A stretch of 64,000 nucleotides of DNA from Thermoplasmata archaeon (GTDB lineage: Archaea > Thermoplasmatota > Thermoplasmata > Lutacidiplasmatales > UBA184). The stretch spans positions 37 through 64,036 of the forward strand of contig JAKAWP010000002.1 of assembly GCA_021816955.1 (NCBI GenBank). The letters run 5' to 3'. Under the pieces are notes generated by a model. That model did no database searches. It saw nothing but the letters and a program-made list of their open reading frames with translations, and was not told the DNA's origin. Shown here in pieces: positions 34,690 to 44,056 of this stretch. The first letter of the stretch is position 1. Every line of letters starts with the position of its first letter. The position numbers were made by a program, and so were the translations under genes.

Positions 34690-37600
34690 TTGAGCCCCGC
34701 CTCTTCGACCCGTTCTGTTCCCCCGGTTCCGGGGCCCCAGCGACTGACCGCGACGCCGGGGACCGTCTCGACGGGCTGTGACGGCATGTACTGGTCAACG
34801 GGCGCGACGGGCGGAGGTGGTTGGTACAGCCTTTCGTGGTGTTACGGTCACGACGAGCCGACCATGAGCTACGTGTCGAACGCGCCGGGCACGGGCGAGA
34901 ACGCGAGCTTCCACTTCGTCCTCCCTTCCGACATAGCTGTGATGCCGCAGGGCAACCTCTACGCGACGTTCTGGCTCGGCGGGATCGTGGCGGACGCGAA
35001 CAGCACGAGCGGCGGCGGTCAGGCGTTCCTTGAGTTCCAGTTCTACCCGAGCCCTCCCGCCTACACCGGAGAAGGAAGCGGGCACGAGGACTGCCTTCCG
35101 AACGGTGCGTTCAACTACGTCTGGACGCCGGGGTCGAACGACTGGTTCGCCTGCGCGATCGTCTGGCAGCTGGTCGGGGCCACCGCGACCGAGAACGCCG
35201 CGATCGCCACCCCGCTCGATCTCGCGGGCGGGGGCGATCAGATCTTCGAGCTGCACAGCGGCGACCAGATCTTCGTCAACTACTCCGGGATCGCGCAGAC
35301 GACTCCGTGGAACCTCGCCGTCTCCGACGTGACCGAGCACGCGAGCGGCACCGTGGTCCTCCAGAACGGCACGCCCGTCCTGTCGCCGTACTACCGGACG
35401 GCCGCGTCGAACATCCTTTCTTGGTCGGCGAGCGGGGTCGGGGCGATCACCTTCGCGTACGAGATCGGCCACGCGCTGAACCCCGCGATCCCGACGAATC
35501 CGGTGAACGGCGGTTGCACGCCGGGCGACCTCAACTGCGACAGCTACTGGCCCGGCAAGTGGTCGGAGAGCGGGCAGATGCGCCTGTCGCTCCCCGTTCT
35601 CGGGACAGGACCGGACGCCACGTTCCCGGCGTACATCGGGTTCAGCTCCTCCCAGGGCGGCGAGACGGAAGTCAACCAATCGGCCTGTCTCATGCCGTCG
35701 TTCTCGACGCTGCGCAACTGCATGTATCCGTTCTACCTCTATCGCAGCTCGACGTACAGCTTCACGATGGACGCCGACCTATCGGTCCAAAACATCACGC
35801 ACAGCTACGGCAATGAGTACCAGTTCCCGGCCGACATCTCCACGCCCGCGGCGGCGCTCGAATCCGATCCGCATCATACGGTCCCCGCCCCTTGGGGGAC
35901 GGTCAGCGTCTACGTCCAGCCGGCGACCGCCTCGATCTCGGTCAACCCGATCGGCCAAAGCCAAGGACTCGCGGACTCCGGTGGGGTGGCGACGGGAGAG
36001 TTCGCCGAAGGGCCGTACTTCGTGAACGTGAGCGCGCCCGGCTGCGCCCCGTTCTCCGAGCCAATCTACGTCAGCACCGGCACGGCGCTCGAGATCCCCG
36101 CGGTGCTCAACTGCGGCGTCGAGTCGGCGCTCGCGGTCGCGACGACGCCCGCGAGCGCGAACGCGCCGCTGACGGTGAGCTTCCTCGGCGCCGCGAACGG
36201 CGGGGTTGCCCCGTACAGCTTCGGCTGGGCATTCGGGGACGGCTCGTTCGCCACCGGGGCGATGGTGAGCCACACGTTCGGCTCGGCCGGCATCTACACC
36301 GTGCGCCTTCAGGTCTACGACGCCGACGGCGATCCGGCGACCGCCTCCGTCTCGGTCGATGTCGCGCCCCCGGTCTCCCTCCAGCCGTCCGGACAGTACG
36401 TGAGCCTGTATGCCCAGCACGTCAACGCGTCGGCCCACGCGGGGCTCTCGTCATTCCCCCTCTCGACGGCGTTCCCCGCGGGGCAGGGTGACTTCGCGTC
36501 GTTCTACGTGATCCCGATCGCCGGGCCGCACTCTTGGACGTTTTCGCTGCCGGAGTCGACGGCGGCCCCGGTCTACCTCGACCCGTCCTCGCCGATCGTC
36601 GTGCACTTCTTCCTCTCCCTTCCGACCTTGAACGAGCCGGCGCCGGCGGGGATCCCGATCACCGTCGGAGCCTCCCTCTCGGGAGCGACGTTCGGCGGCA
36701 GCGGCGGAGAAACCCAGGACGTGAGTCCGGGCGGCGCGATCACCGAGTACAACCTCTCGCTTCTGCCCGAGGTGTCCGTCCTTCCGGCGGGCAGCCCGAT
36801 CACCCTCACCGTCGAGTGGTACGAGGCGAGCGTTGACGGCAACTACCTCGCGTGGCCCGTCGTGATCCACTCGGGGCAGGCATATCCGATCTCCGTCGAT
36901 CTTCCCCTGCTCGATCCGGTGTACTTGACCCCGGCGATGGTGAGCTCGACCGCCAGTGGCGTCGTCGTGACGACGACGATCGTGAGCCCGTTCGGAGATG
37001 CCGACCTCGCCCACGTCACGGGGGTCGTCGACGGACGGATCCCGGTCTCCCCGACCGTGAGCGGATCGACCGACACGTTCAGCATCAGCGAATCCGAAGT
37101 CGGGATCGGCGTACACACCCTCGTCGTCGCGGCCTACGACATTCAAGGCGCGTACAACCAGGTCGTCGCGCAGTTCCAGCTCGGCCCCGAGACGTTCACC
37201 GTGGCGTTCACGGAAAGTGGACTCGCGTCCGGGCAGATCTGGGAGGTGACGCTCTCGAGCTCGGCGTCGGCGAACGACTACGGATACTCGTCGACGAACC
37301 GGATCGAGTTCGCGGTGCCCAACGGGAGCTATTCGTTCGCGGTCGGCGGAGAGAACGGTCTCATCGCCTTCCCAGCGAGCGGCCTGGTCACCGTGGCCGG
37401 GGCCAACGTCGGCGTCGCGATCCAATTCACCCCCGCGAGCGAGGCGACGACGGTGACGTTCACGGAGCATGGGCTCTCGAAAGGAACATCGTGGACCGTC
37501 GACCTCGCCGGAGAGATCGGGAGCTCCTCGACCGGGGCGATCACCTTCGAGGTGCCGGACGCGGCGAGCTACGCCTTTGCGGTCGGCTCGATCGCGGGGT

Positions 37601-37863
37601 ACGCCTGCCTCCCGTCCTCGGGGAGTGTTTCCGTCAGAACGAACCCGGTCAGTGTCGCGATCTCGTGCCATCACGCCGGCGTCCACTCCCCGCCCGGACA
37701 CCACCCTGACAGCGCTCCGGGCGGCCCCGGTCTGCAGGAAGTCGGTGGACCCGGTCCAGCGGCCACCCCGGCGATATTATCGGCCCCTCCGGGGTCCGCT
37801 GCCGCGACGTTGATCACATTCGCCTCGAACGCGGTTCCTCGGGCGAACGGATCATCCCGCTAG
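34690..37863 (+). CDS. Large PKD-domain-containing surface/secreted protein (1,057 aa as tracked); likely one gene with 34561..34683, interrupted by an in-frame TGA
   Basis: PKD domain 'PLTVSFLGAANGGVAPYSFGWAFGDGSFATGAMVSHTFGSAGIYTVRLQVYDADGDPATASVSV'. The composition is Thr/Ser/Val/Gly-rich and beta-like throughout. The tracked ORF itself carries no signal peptide. Confidence 0.7.
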   Translation: MSPASSTRSVPPVPGPQRLTATPGTVSTGCDGMYWSTGATGGGGWYSLSWCYGHDEPTMSYVSNAPGTGENASFHFVLPSDIAVMPQGNLYATFWLGGIVADANSTSGGGQAFLEFQFYPSPPAYTGEGSGHEDCLPNGAFNYVWTPGSNDWFACAIVWQLVGATATENAAIATPLDLAGGGDQIFELHSGDQIFVNYSGIAQTTPWNLAVSDVTEHASGTVVLQNGTPVLSPYYRTAASNILSWSASGVGAITFAYEIGHALNPAIPTNPVNGGCTPGDLNCDSYWPGKWSESGQMRLSLPVLGTGPDATFPAYIGFSSSQGGETEVNQSACLMPSFSTLRNCMYPFYLYRSSTYSFTMDADLSVQNITHSYGNEYQFPADISTPAAALESDPHHTVPAPWGTVSVYVQPATASISVNPIGQSQGLADSGGVATGEFAEGPYFVNVSAPGCAPFSEPIYVSTGTALEIPAVLNCGVESALAVATTPASANAPLTVSFLGAANGGVAPYSFGWAFGDGSFATGAMVSHTFGSAGIYTVRLQVYDADGDPATASVSVDVAPPVSLQPSGQYVSLYAQHVNASAHAGLSSFPLSTAFPAGQGDFASFYVIPIAGPHSWTFSLPESTAAPVYLDPSSPIVVHFFLSLPTLNEPAPAGIPITVGASLSGATFGGSGGETQDVSPGGAITEYNLSLLPEVSVLPAGSPITLTVEWYEASVDGNYLAWPVVIHSGQAYPISVDLPLLDPVYLTPAMVSSTASGVVVTTTIVSPFGDADLAHVTGVVDGRIPVSPTVSGSTDTFSISESEVGIGVHTLVVAAYDIQGAYNQVVAQFQLGPETFTVAFTESGLASGQIWEVTLSSSASANDYGYSSTNRIEFAVPNGSYSFAVGGENGLIAFPASGLVTVAGANVGVAIQFTPASEATTVTFTEHGLSKGTSWTVDLAGEIGSSSTGAITFEVPDAASYAFAVGSIAGYACLPSSGSVSVRTNPVSVAISCHHAGVHSPPGHHPDSAPGGPGLQEVGGPGPAATPAILSAPPGSAAATLITFASNAVPRANGSSR

Positions 37864-38095
37864 ACGGGAGAGTACGCCCGGCCCGCGTCGTCGGTGCCCC
37901 CGTTCCGCTGCCCGGACGGATGCCTCGCTCTCCGTCCGAGCCAACGACGGAGCGGATAGGATGGCCCGCCGTCGGTCGTACGCCGTGGCGAAGGGGGGCA
38001 TTCGGCAGCGGCCGCACGATGTCCAACGTTCCGGTGAATGGAATGGACGACCCTTGAAGTAGGCAGCCGACCCCCGGAGGAGCAGGTGAAGGCGT

Positions 38096-38635
38096 ATGCA
38101 AGGAAACGCCGTGGTAGCCACGAATGAGACCGTGAAGACGAACGCAATCGGCGCCAAGATGGCCGGCGCGGCCCAGACCGAGATTGGCGCCCGGTTCGGC
38201 GCGCAGCTCCCGTCGGCCGCGACCGTGAACACGACCGCCGCGGCGAAGGGAGCGGCGTCCATCGGGGCGCATGCGACCGCAAGCCTCCCAGCGTCCGCGA
38301 AGCTCCTGGTCGAAGGAACCCACGGATCGACCGTCTCCGCAGTGGCGAAGGGCGGCGCGCTGACCGCGAAGGTCGGAGCGACGTCGGGGACGACCGCTGC
38401 GACCGCGGTGAAAGGCGGGATCTTGGGAGCCAAGGTGAGCCTCGCCGCGAAGGCGATGGCCGTGGTGGGGGTGAGCGTCGCGGGCGTTGCGATCGCGGCC
38501 TCCACGGGAGCGGCACCGGGACTCCAGGTGGCGCTCAGCCATGTGCCGGTCTGGACGCATGCCCACAGCGTCCTCACGACGCTGTCGACGTCGATCCGCG
38601 GCCATCTCGGTGGCTCCGCCGGAGTCGCGCTGTAG
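38096..38635 (+). CDS. Ala/Gly/Thr-rich repetitive protein with C-terminal TM segment (179 aa)
   Basis: Degenerate repeats (IGAKMAGAA / IGARFGAQ / LTAKVGATSG / LGAKVSLAAK), a TM segment 'AMAVVGVSVAGVAIAAS', GC-rich third positions, and a GGTGA SD-like element about 8-12 nt upstream. The antisense ORFs there are Arg/Pro junk. Confidence 0.5.
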   Translation: MQGNAVVATNETVKTNAIGAKMAGAAQTEIGARFGAQLPSAATVNTTAAAKGAASIGAHATASLPASAKLLVEGTHGSTVSAVAKGGALTAKVGATSGTTAATAVKGGILGAKVSLAAKAMAVVGVSVAGVAIAASTGAAPGLQVALSHVPVWTHAHSVLTTLSTSIRGHLGGSAGVAL

Positions 38636-38701
38636 TCGCGCGCCCCGGCCCGGGTCCGCGTCGGCGGGACCGAGCCGAGCCTTTCCGGAGGATGACGAGC
38701 C

Positions 38702-38899
38702 GTGATCGCGTCGGACGACGCCGGTCCGGCTCTGACCCGCCGAACCTATGGGTCTCGGTGGTGGTGGGTGGTGACGATGTTGACCGGCGGGATCGTGGCC
38801 GTAGTGGAGACGCCGAATCTGCTCGGGCTCGTCGGGATCGGACTCCTCTGCGTGGGAGGGTACGGACTCCTGCGTTCGCGTCCGCCCGCGGGGCCTTGA
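38702..38899 (+). CDS. Small 2-TM membrane protein (65 aa)
   Basis: GTG start. 'WWWVVTMLTGGIVAVV' and 'LLGLVGIGLLCVGGYGLL'. Confidence 0.4.
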   Translation: MIASDDAGPALTRRTYGSRWWWVVTMLTGGIVAVVETPNLLGLVGIGLLCVGGYGLLRSRPPAGP

Positions 38900-39208
38900 C
38901 GGGAAGGGGGAATCGGTTCGGTCAAACGGATCCCTCCTTCGCTCCTCCTTCCACCGGGATCGGGCAGACCGTGGAAGAGTCTGTCGTAAAGGTGCCGTGA
39001 AGTCGGCGCAATCCGATCGGTCCGCTACCGTGCGGTGAGTTCCCCGAGGCGCCGGTGGGAGCGTCATCGGCCCACCGATTTTGGGTTCGGGTCTCGGATC
39101 GCCCGTGCGCGGGGCGGGGACGACCCGGCTCGGAGGGCCGAAAGTCGGGGAGGGAGGCGCCGGTCTTAAACCTCCGGGCGCGTGCGGCCGTGGAGGCTCC
39201 GGAGAGCG

Positions 39209-39991
39209 ATGAAGGGAAAGTACATTGCCACCCGAATTCAGGACGGCGTCGGCTACATTGAGATCTCGAAGCCGAAGGCCAACACCTACGACCTTCCGAT
39301 GATGCGGGAGCTCGACGAGGCGATCGAGGAGATGCGCTTCGACGACGGGGCGAAGGTCATCGTCCTCACGAGCGCCCAACCCGGATTCTTCAGCGCCGGG
39401 GCGGACATCGAGATGCTGAAGGCGAGCCAACCCGACTTCAAGGCGATGTTCTGCCTGCACTGCCAGGAAACCCTCGACAAGTTCGCGTCCACCCCGAAGG
39501 TCGTGATCGCGGCGATCTCGGGCCACTGTGTCGGCGGCGGGCTCGAGATCGCCCTCGCCTGCGACCTTCGGATGATGGCGAAGGACTCCGGCAAGATCGG
39601 CCTGCCCGAGGTCACGCTCGGCGTGCTACCGGGGACGGGCGGGACGCAGCGGCTGCCGCGGCTGATCGGCGCGTCTCGGGCACTCGATCTCATGATCACG
39701 GGGCGTCTGTTGACCCCGGAAGAAGCGTGGGCGATCGGCCTCGTGAATTACGTCTATCCGAAGGAGACGTTCTCGGAGGAGGTGCATCGGTACGCCGTCG
39801 CCCTCGCGAACGGTCCGTCCCGGGCGGTCAGCCTGATCAAGCGGTCCGTGCTCGAAGGGATCGAAATGCCGCTCGCCGCGGGACTCGCTCTCGAGCGCGA
39901 GCTGCAGAACCGCCTCTTCATCACCGAGGATGCGAAGGAAGGACTCACCGCCTTCGTGGAGAAGCGGAAGCCCAACTTTAAGGGCCGCTGA
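39209..39991 (+). CDS. Enoyl-CoA hydratase/isomerase (crotonase) family protein
   Basis: 'VIVLTSAQPGFFSAGADI', 'VIAAISGHCVGGGLEIALACD', 'GLPEVTLGVLPGTGGTQRLPRLIG', 'AKEGLTAFVEKRKPNF'. I chose the start MKGKYIA. Confidence 0.85.
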   Translation: MKGKYIATRIQDGVGYIEISKPKANTYDLPMMRELDEAIEEMRFDDGAKVIVLTSAQPGFFSAGADIEMLKASQPDFKAMFCLHCQETLDKFASTPKVVIAAISGHCVGGGLEIALACDLRMMAKDSGKIGLPEVTLGVLPGTGGTQRLPRLIGASRALDLMITGRLLTPEEAWAIGLVNYVYPKETFSEEVHRYAVALANGPSRAVSLIKRSVLEGIEMPLAAGLALERELQNRLFITEDAKEGLTAFVEKRKPNFKGR

Positions 39992-40015
39992 GGATTCTCG
40001 TTCGACGGAGTCCCC

Positions 40016-40885
40016 GTGACGACCTCTTCCCCCGCTCCTTCGTCGTCGGGTCCGAAGCCGACCCCTTCCACCGGCACGGGGCCCTCCCACCCCTCGAAGA
40101 GCATCGCCGAGGGAGGGACGATCGAGCCGGTCCGCGAGATCCTCTGGGGCTCGCAGGCGGGCGTACGGAAGTACGAGACCGCGGAGGAGCTGCCTCCGGA
40201 CCTCGCGAAGCTGATCGTGCGGCTGATGGTCGTCCAAGCGGACACCGAATTCGCGTCGATCCAGCAGCACCGCCCGTGGCTCGACCGCGCGCCGACGCTC
40301 GAGGATCGCTGGATCGAGTCGCGGATCGTCGCCGACGAAGCCCGTCACGGCCTCCAGGCCTGCCGGATCCTCCGCGACTTCGGGGAGGAGGGGCAACGAT
40401 GGATCGACGAGCTCCTCGCCAAGAAGGAGGGGGAGCACAAGCTCGACGCCTTCAACATGCCGTTCGACCGGTGGAGCGATGTCGGCGCGTTCACCTGCTT
40501 CGTCGACCGGGTCGGTGTCTACCAGTTGCGGGCGTTCCAGGAGTGCTCGTACGGTCCGCTCGCCCGCGCGATGCCGCTCATGCTCAGCGAGGAGCAGCTG
40601 CACCTCAACTTCGGCTTCTCGGTGCTGAAGCGGATGGCGCGCAACGACGGTTCGTACATCGGTTCCAAGGAAGAGGCCCAAGCGGCGATCCGCAAGTGGT
40701 ACCCGCGGGCGCTCGACATGTTTGGCCACTCGCAATCCGAGACGAGCCAGAAGGCGATCGCCTACGGTCTCAAGCGGTGGACGAACGAGGAGGCACGGGC
40801 TCGCTACATCCAAGAGGTCACGCCGCTCGTGAACTCCCTCGGGCTCGAGCTGCCACCGCCCGACTTCGACCGCCGGGTGCTCTGA
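40016..40885 (+). CDS. PaaA/PaaC-like ferritin-fold di-iron protein (phenylacetic acid catabolic protein family)
   Basis: Collinear with PaaA landmarks: 'DRAPTLEDRW', 'ADEARHGL', 'CSYGPLARAM', 'LSEEQLHLNFG'. GTG start with a Pro/Ser-rich N-terminus. Confidence 0.7.
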   Translation: MTTSSPAPSSSGPKPTPSTGTGPSHPSKSIAEGGTIEPVREILWGSQAGVRKYETAEELPPDLAKLIVRLMVVQADTEFASIQQHRPWLDRAPTLEDRWIESRIVADEARHGLQACRILRDFGEEGQRWIDELLAKKEGEHKLDAFNMPFDRWSDVGAFTCFVDRVGVYQLRAFQECSYGPLARAMPLMLSEEQLHLNFGFSVLKRMARNDGSYIGSKEEAQAAIRKWYPRALDMFGHSQSETSQKAIAYGLKRWTNEEARARYIQEVTPLVNSLGLELPPPDFDRRVL

Positions 40886-40921
40886 GTCCGCCCCGTCGAG
40901 GGGGGAACGGGGCGTCGGGGC

Positions 40922-41941
40922 TCACGGGACCCGGGCGTGCGTGGGCCGGACCCCGGGCCCGGCCTCGAGAAGCCACGTTCGTCGGACCCCGGGAACACCC
41001 CGGAGGCGAGCACGAACGGTTCGGGCGTCCTTCGCGAGCGTGAAGACGTGCAGATGGGCGCCCGCGTCGTGGGTGTACGCCGCGATCGGACGGCCCGCTT
41101 CCGCGTTGAGGGCCCGGACCTCGTCTAGGACCGCCCGGGAGGTCCGGCTGAGGTAATCCAGGCTCGGCACCGTCGTCTCACAGACGGTGCGGAAACTGTC
41201 GCACTCTTCCATGATCAGCGGAAAGAGCTCGTCCGGATCCCGTCGTCGGAGCGCCGCGCGGATCTTCGCGAGGCGCCCGGGGAGCTCCCGTTGCCGTCGG
41301 TCGAATTCCGGGGAGGTTCGGACCGTCGCCTGCATCGCGTCTTGCGACCGCACCGATTTCTCCCGCGCGTCGCCGACCACCACGACCAGATCCCGGAACG
41401 CCGGCCAGTATCGCTCGTCGAAGAGCGGTCGGGCGTACGAGTCCCGCCCGTCCCGTCGGTCGCCCCGGCGCCACTCCACGAACCCGCCAAAGATCGACCG
41501 GCTCGCGCTCCCAGACCCGAGCCGGGCGAGCCGGGACAATTCGCGTCGCGAAACGGTCAGTCCGTACGCCTCGGCCGCCGCCGCCGCGAGCGCGGCGAAG
41601 CCGCTCGCGCTCGAAGCGAGCCCGCTCGCGGTCGGGAAGTTGTTGTGCGAGCGGACGACGGCCGGCCGTCGATCGCCGGCCCGTTCCCGGATCCGGTCGA
41701 GGAACCGTCGGACGCTCTCGAGCGGTCGACCTTCGGCGGAAACGCCGTTCAGGATCAACCGGTCGTCCGCGCCCTCGGGGGCAAGCTCCACGGTCGTTCG
41801 CGTCCGCAGCCGGCGGAGCGTGAGCGAGATCGAGGAGTTGTACGGGAGGTTGAGCGCGGGGTCGCGGATCCCCCAGTACTTCACGAGCGCGATGTTCGGG
41901 GACGCTTCCCACGTCGCTGAACGGGCCCGGTCCGTCCCCAT
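40922..41941 (-). CDS. Diphosphomevalonate decarboxylase-family (GHMP) enzyme of the mevalonate pathway
   Basis: 'NIALVKYWG', 'NSSISLTL', 'NNFPTASGLASSASGFAALA', 'ARLGSGSASRSIFGGFVEW'. Substrate specificity (MVAPP, MVAP or Thermoplasma-type) cannot be read from the sequence. Confidence 0.85.
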   Translation of the reverse strand: MGTDRARSATWEASPNIALVKYWGIRDPALNLPYNSSISLTLRRLRTRTTVELAPEGADDRLILNGVSAEGRPLESVRRFLDRIRERAGDRRPAVVRSHNNFPTASGLASSASGFAALAAAAAEAYGLTVSRRELSRLARLGSGSASRSIFGGFVEWRRGDRRDGRDSYARPLFDERYWPAFRDLVVVVGDAREKSVRSQDAMQATVRTSPEFDRRQRELPGRLAKIRAALRRRDPDELFPLIMEECDSFRTVCETTVPSLDYLSRTSRAVLDEVRALNAEAGRPIAAYTHDAGAHLHVFTLAKDARTVRARLRGVPGVRRTWLLEAGPGVRPTHARVP

Positions 41942-42000
41942 CGGTTGCCTCCGCACGACGGAGCGGAGTACTTATCCCTCGCCCGGTCGTCGCGCGCGGC

Positions 42001-42516
42001 ATGCCCCCCGAGCGGGTCGAGGCCGAACCGCGTCCGCGGCCGTCGCCGCGGGACCTCGCGCTCGCCGACCGGATCGGCGGCTTCCACCATGAGGTCGGCT
42101 ATCGGATCGATCCGGCCCGAAGTGGACCGGGGTTCTGCACGGTCACGGGGCAGGTCGAGCGTCGGCACTTGAACATCAACGGCGTCGTCCACGGCGGCGT
42201 CTATGCCACGATCCTCGACACGGCGATGGGCGGAGCGGTGATCACCCTGCTGCGGCCCGACGAAACGACGGCGACGACGTCCCTCTATGTGGAGTTCCTC
42301 CGGCCCGCCCGCGAAGGCGAGACGCTCTCGGCCCGAGGAGAGGTCGTCCGCCGGGGGCGCCACCTCGCGTTCGTGGAAGGGAACCTCTACGATGGGGAAG
42401 GCACCCGGCTCAGTCAGGCGCACGGTACGTGGTACATCTGGTCGGCGACGGATCCGCCCCGACGCATGGTCGGAGCGAAGCCGCTCGCCCCCCTTCGCCG
42501 TTCGGCGGCCCGCTAG
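42001..42516 (+). CDS. PaaI-type hotdog-fold thioesterase
   Basis: 'HLNINGVVHGGVYATILDTAMGGAV' and 'ARGEVVRRGRHLAFVEGNLYD'. Confidence 0.8.
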   Translation: MPPERVEAEPRPRPSPRDLALADRIGGFHHEVGYRIDPARSGPGFCTVTGQVERRHLNINGVVHGGVYATILDTAMGGAVITLLRPDETTATTSLYVEFLRPAREGETLSARGEVVRRGRHLAFVEGNLYDGEGTRLSQAHGTWYIWSATDPPRRMVGAKPLAPLRRSAAR

Positions 42517-42655
42517 CTATTTCGGGGAGGTCGGGCCTACCAGCCCCTGGCGATGAAGCTCACCGATCGGCCGATGCTGCGCGCGGCGGAGACCGGCGCG
42601 GTCGCCCCGACGGGCGCCGGCCGCGCTTTCGTCGCGTGAACCCGGGGGGCGCACC

Positions 42656-44026
42656 GTGTATCCGATCACCTACGTCCGCGAACACGCGGACCAGGTGAGA
42701 CGGGGCCTCGAAGACCGATTCCGACCAACCGACGTGGTCGACCGGTTCCTCGCCGTCGATGCGCGCTGGAAGGCGACGACCGACGAACTCAATCGGCTGC
42801 GCGCGCGCCGCAACGCCGAATCCCGCCGGATCGCCGACTCCCGCAAGCGCGACCCGGCCGCGCCGGCCGCATCGTCCGACGAGGTCGTGCGCCTTCGGGC
42901 GGAGATGGATCGGCTCGAGCGATTGCTCGCCGAGCTCGACGAGGAGCGTCGCCAGGCGCTACTCGAGATCCCCCAGATCCCGCACCCCAGCGTCCCCCGG
43001 GGGCGGGACGCGAGCGCGAACGTGGTCGTCGACACGTTCCGCCCGAAGCGCTCGACGATCGAGCACCCGCGCCCGCACTTCGAGATCGCGCACGAGCTGA
43101 ATCTGTTGGACGAAGAGCGCGGCGCGAAGGTCGCGGGCGAAGGGTTCTACTTTCTCTGGGGCGACCTCGCGCGGCTCGAGCACGCGCTCCTGCGGTTCAT
43201 GCGGGAGCTTCACGTCGCGCGGGGATACCTGGAGTGCGCGCCGCCGATCGTCGTCAACTCCGACTCGATGTTCGGGACGGGCCAGCTTCCGAAGTTCGCG
43301 GACGACAGCTATCGGGTGGAGCGGGACGACCTCTGGCTCGTCCCGACGGCGGAGGTTCCCGTCACGAACGCCTTCCGGGACGAGGTGCTGCTGCCGGACG
43401 ACCTTCCGCTGCGCCTCGTCGCGTACACTCCGTGCTTTCGGCGGGAGGCGAGCGGCCACGGCGTCGAGACCCGCGGGATCGCCCGGGTCCACCAGTTCGA
43501 CAAGGTCGAGCTCGTGAGCCTGAGCCGGCCCGAGTCGTCGTACGACGAGCTCGAGGTGCTCCGCGCGGAGGCGGAAGAAGTGCTGCGCCGGCTCGACCTT
43601 CCGTACCGGGTCGTGAACCTCTCGACGGGGGACCTCCCCGACAAGGCCGCGAAGTGCTACGACCTCGAGCTGTGGGCGCCGGGCAGCCAGCGCTGGCTCG
43701 AAGTGAGCAGCGTCTCCAACTTCGAAACGTACCAGGCCACGCGCGCCCGGATCCGCTACCGCCCCGTCCCGGGCGGGCCGGCCGAGTTCGTCCACACGTT
43801 GAACGGCTCCGGGACGGCGCTCGCCCGCCTCGTCATCGCCATCCTGGAGAACTACCAGACCGAGGACGGGGGGATCGAGATCCCCGAGGTGCTTCGGCCG
43901 AGCTTCGACGGCCGGACCCGCCTTGAAGCGACGCCGTGGATCGGCGAACGGGAGCTTGCCCGGGGCCGTCGACCCGCCTCCCGGTCGCGGCCGTCGCCGT
44001 CCCCCGCCTCCCCGTCGCCCCCGTAG
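42656..44026 (+). CDS. serS: Seryl-tRNA synthetase
   Basis: N-terminal coiled-coil arm, class II motifs 'FRRE' and 'GIARVHQFDKVE', and 'TLNGSGTALARLVIAILENYQ'. GTG start. The C-terminus has a Pro/Ser-rich extension. Confidence 0.9.
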   Translation: MYPITYVREHADQVRRGLEDRFRPTDVVDRFLAVDARWKATTDELNRLRARRNAESRRIADSRKRDPAAPAASSDEVVRLRAEMDRLERLLAELDEERRQALLEIPQIPHPSVPRGRDASANVVVDTFRPKRSTIEHPRPHFEIAHELNLLDEERGAKVAGEGFYFLWGDLARLEHALLRFMRELHVARGYLECAPPIVVNSDSMFGTGQLPKFADDSYRVERDDLWLVPTAEVPVTNAFRDEVLLPDDLPLRLVAYTPCFRREASGHGVETRGIARVHQFDKVELVSLSRPESSYDELEVLRAEAEEVLRRLDLPYRVVNLSTGDLPDKAAKCYDLELWAPGSQRWLEVSSVSNFETYQATRARIRYRPVPGGPAEFVHTLNGSGTALARLVIAILENYQTEDGGIEIPEVLRPSFDGRTRLEATPWIGERELARGRRPASRSRPSPSPASPSPP

Positions 44027-44056
44027 GACGACGCCCCGACGCGAGGGGATCGGGCG

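Noticed and set aside
37814-39526. 570-aa minus-strand ORF spanning the end of the surface-protein gene through to the crotonase gene
   Set aside because: Arg/Pro/Gly-rich with no motifs. It overlaps several better-supported plus-strand genes, including a clear crotonase.
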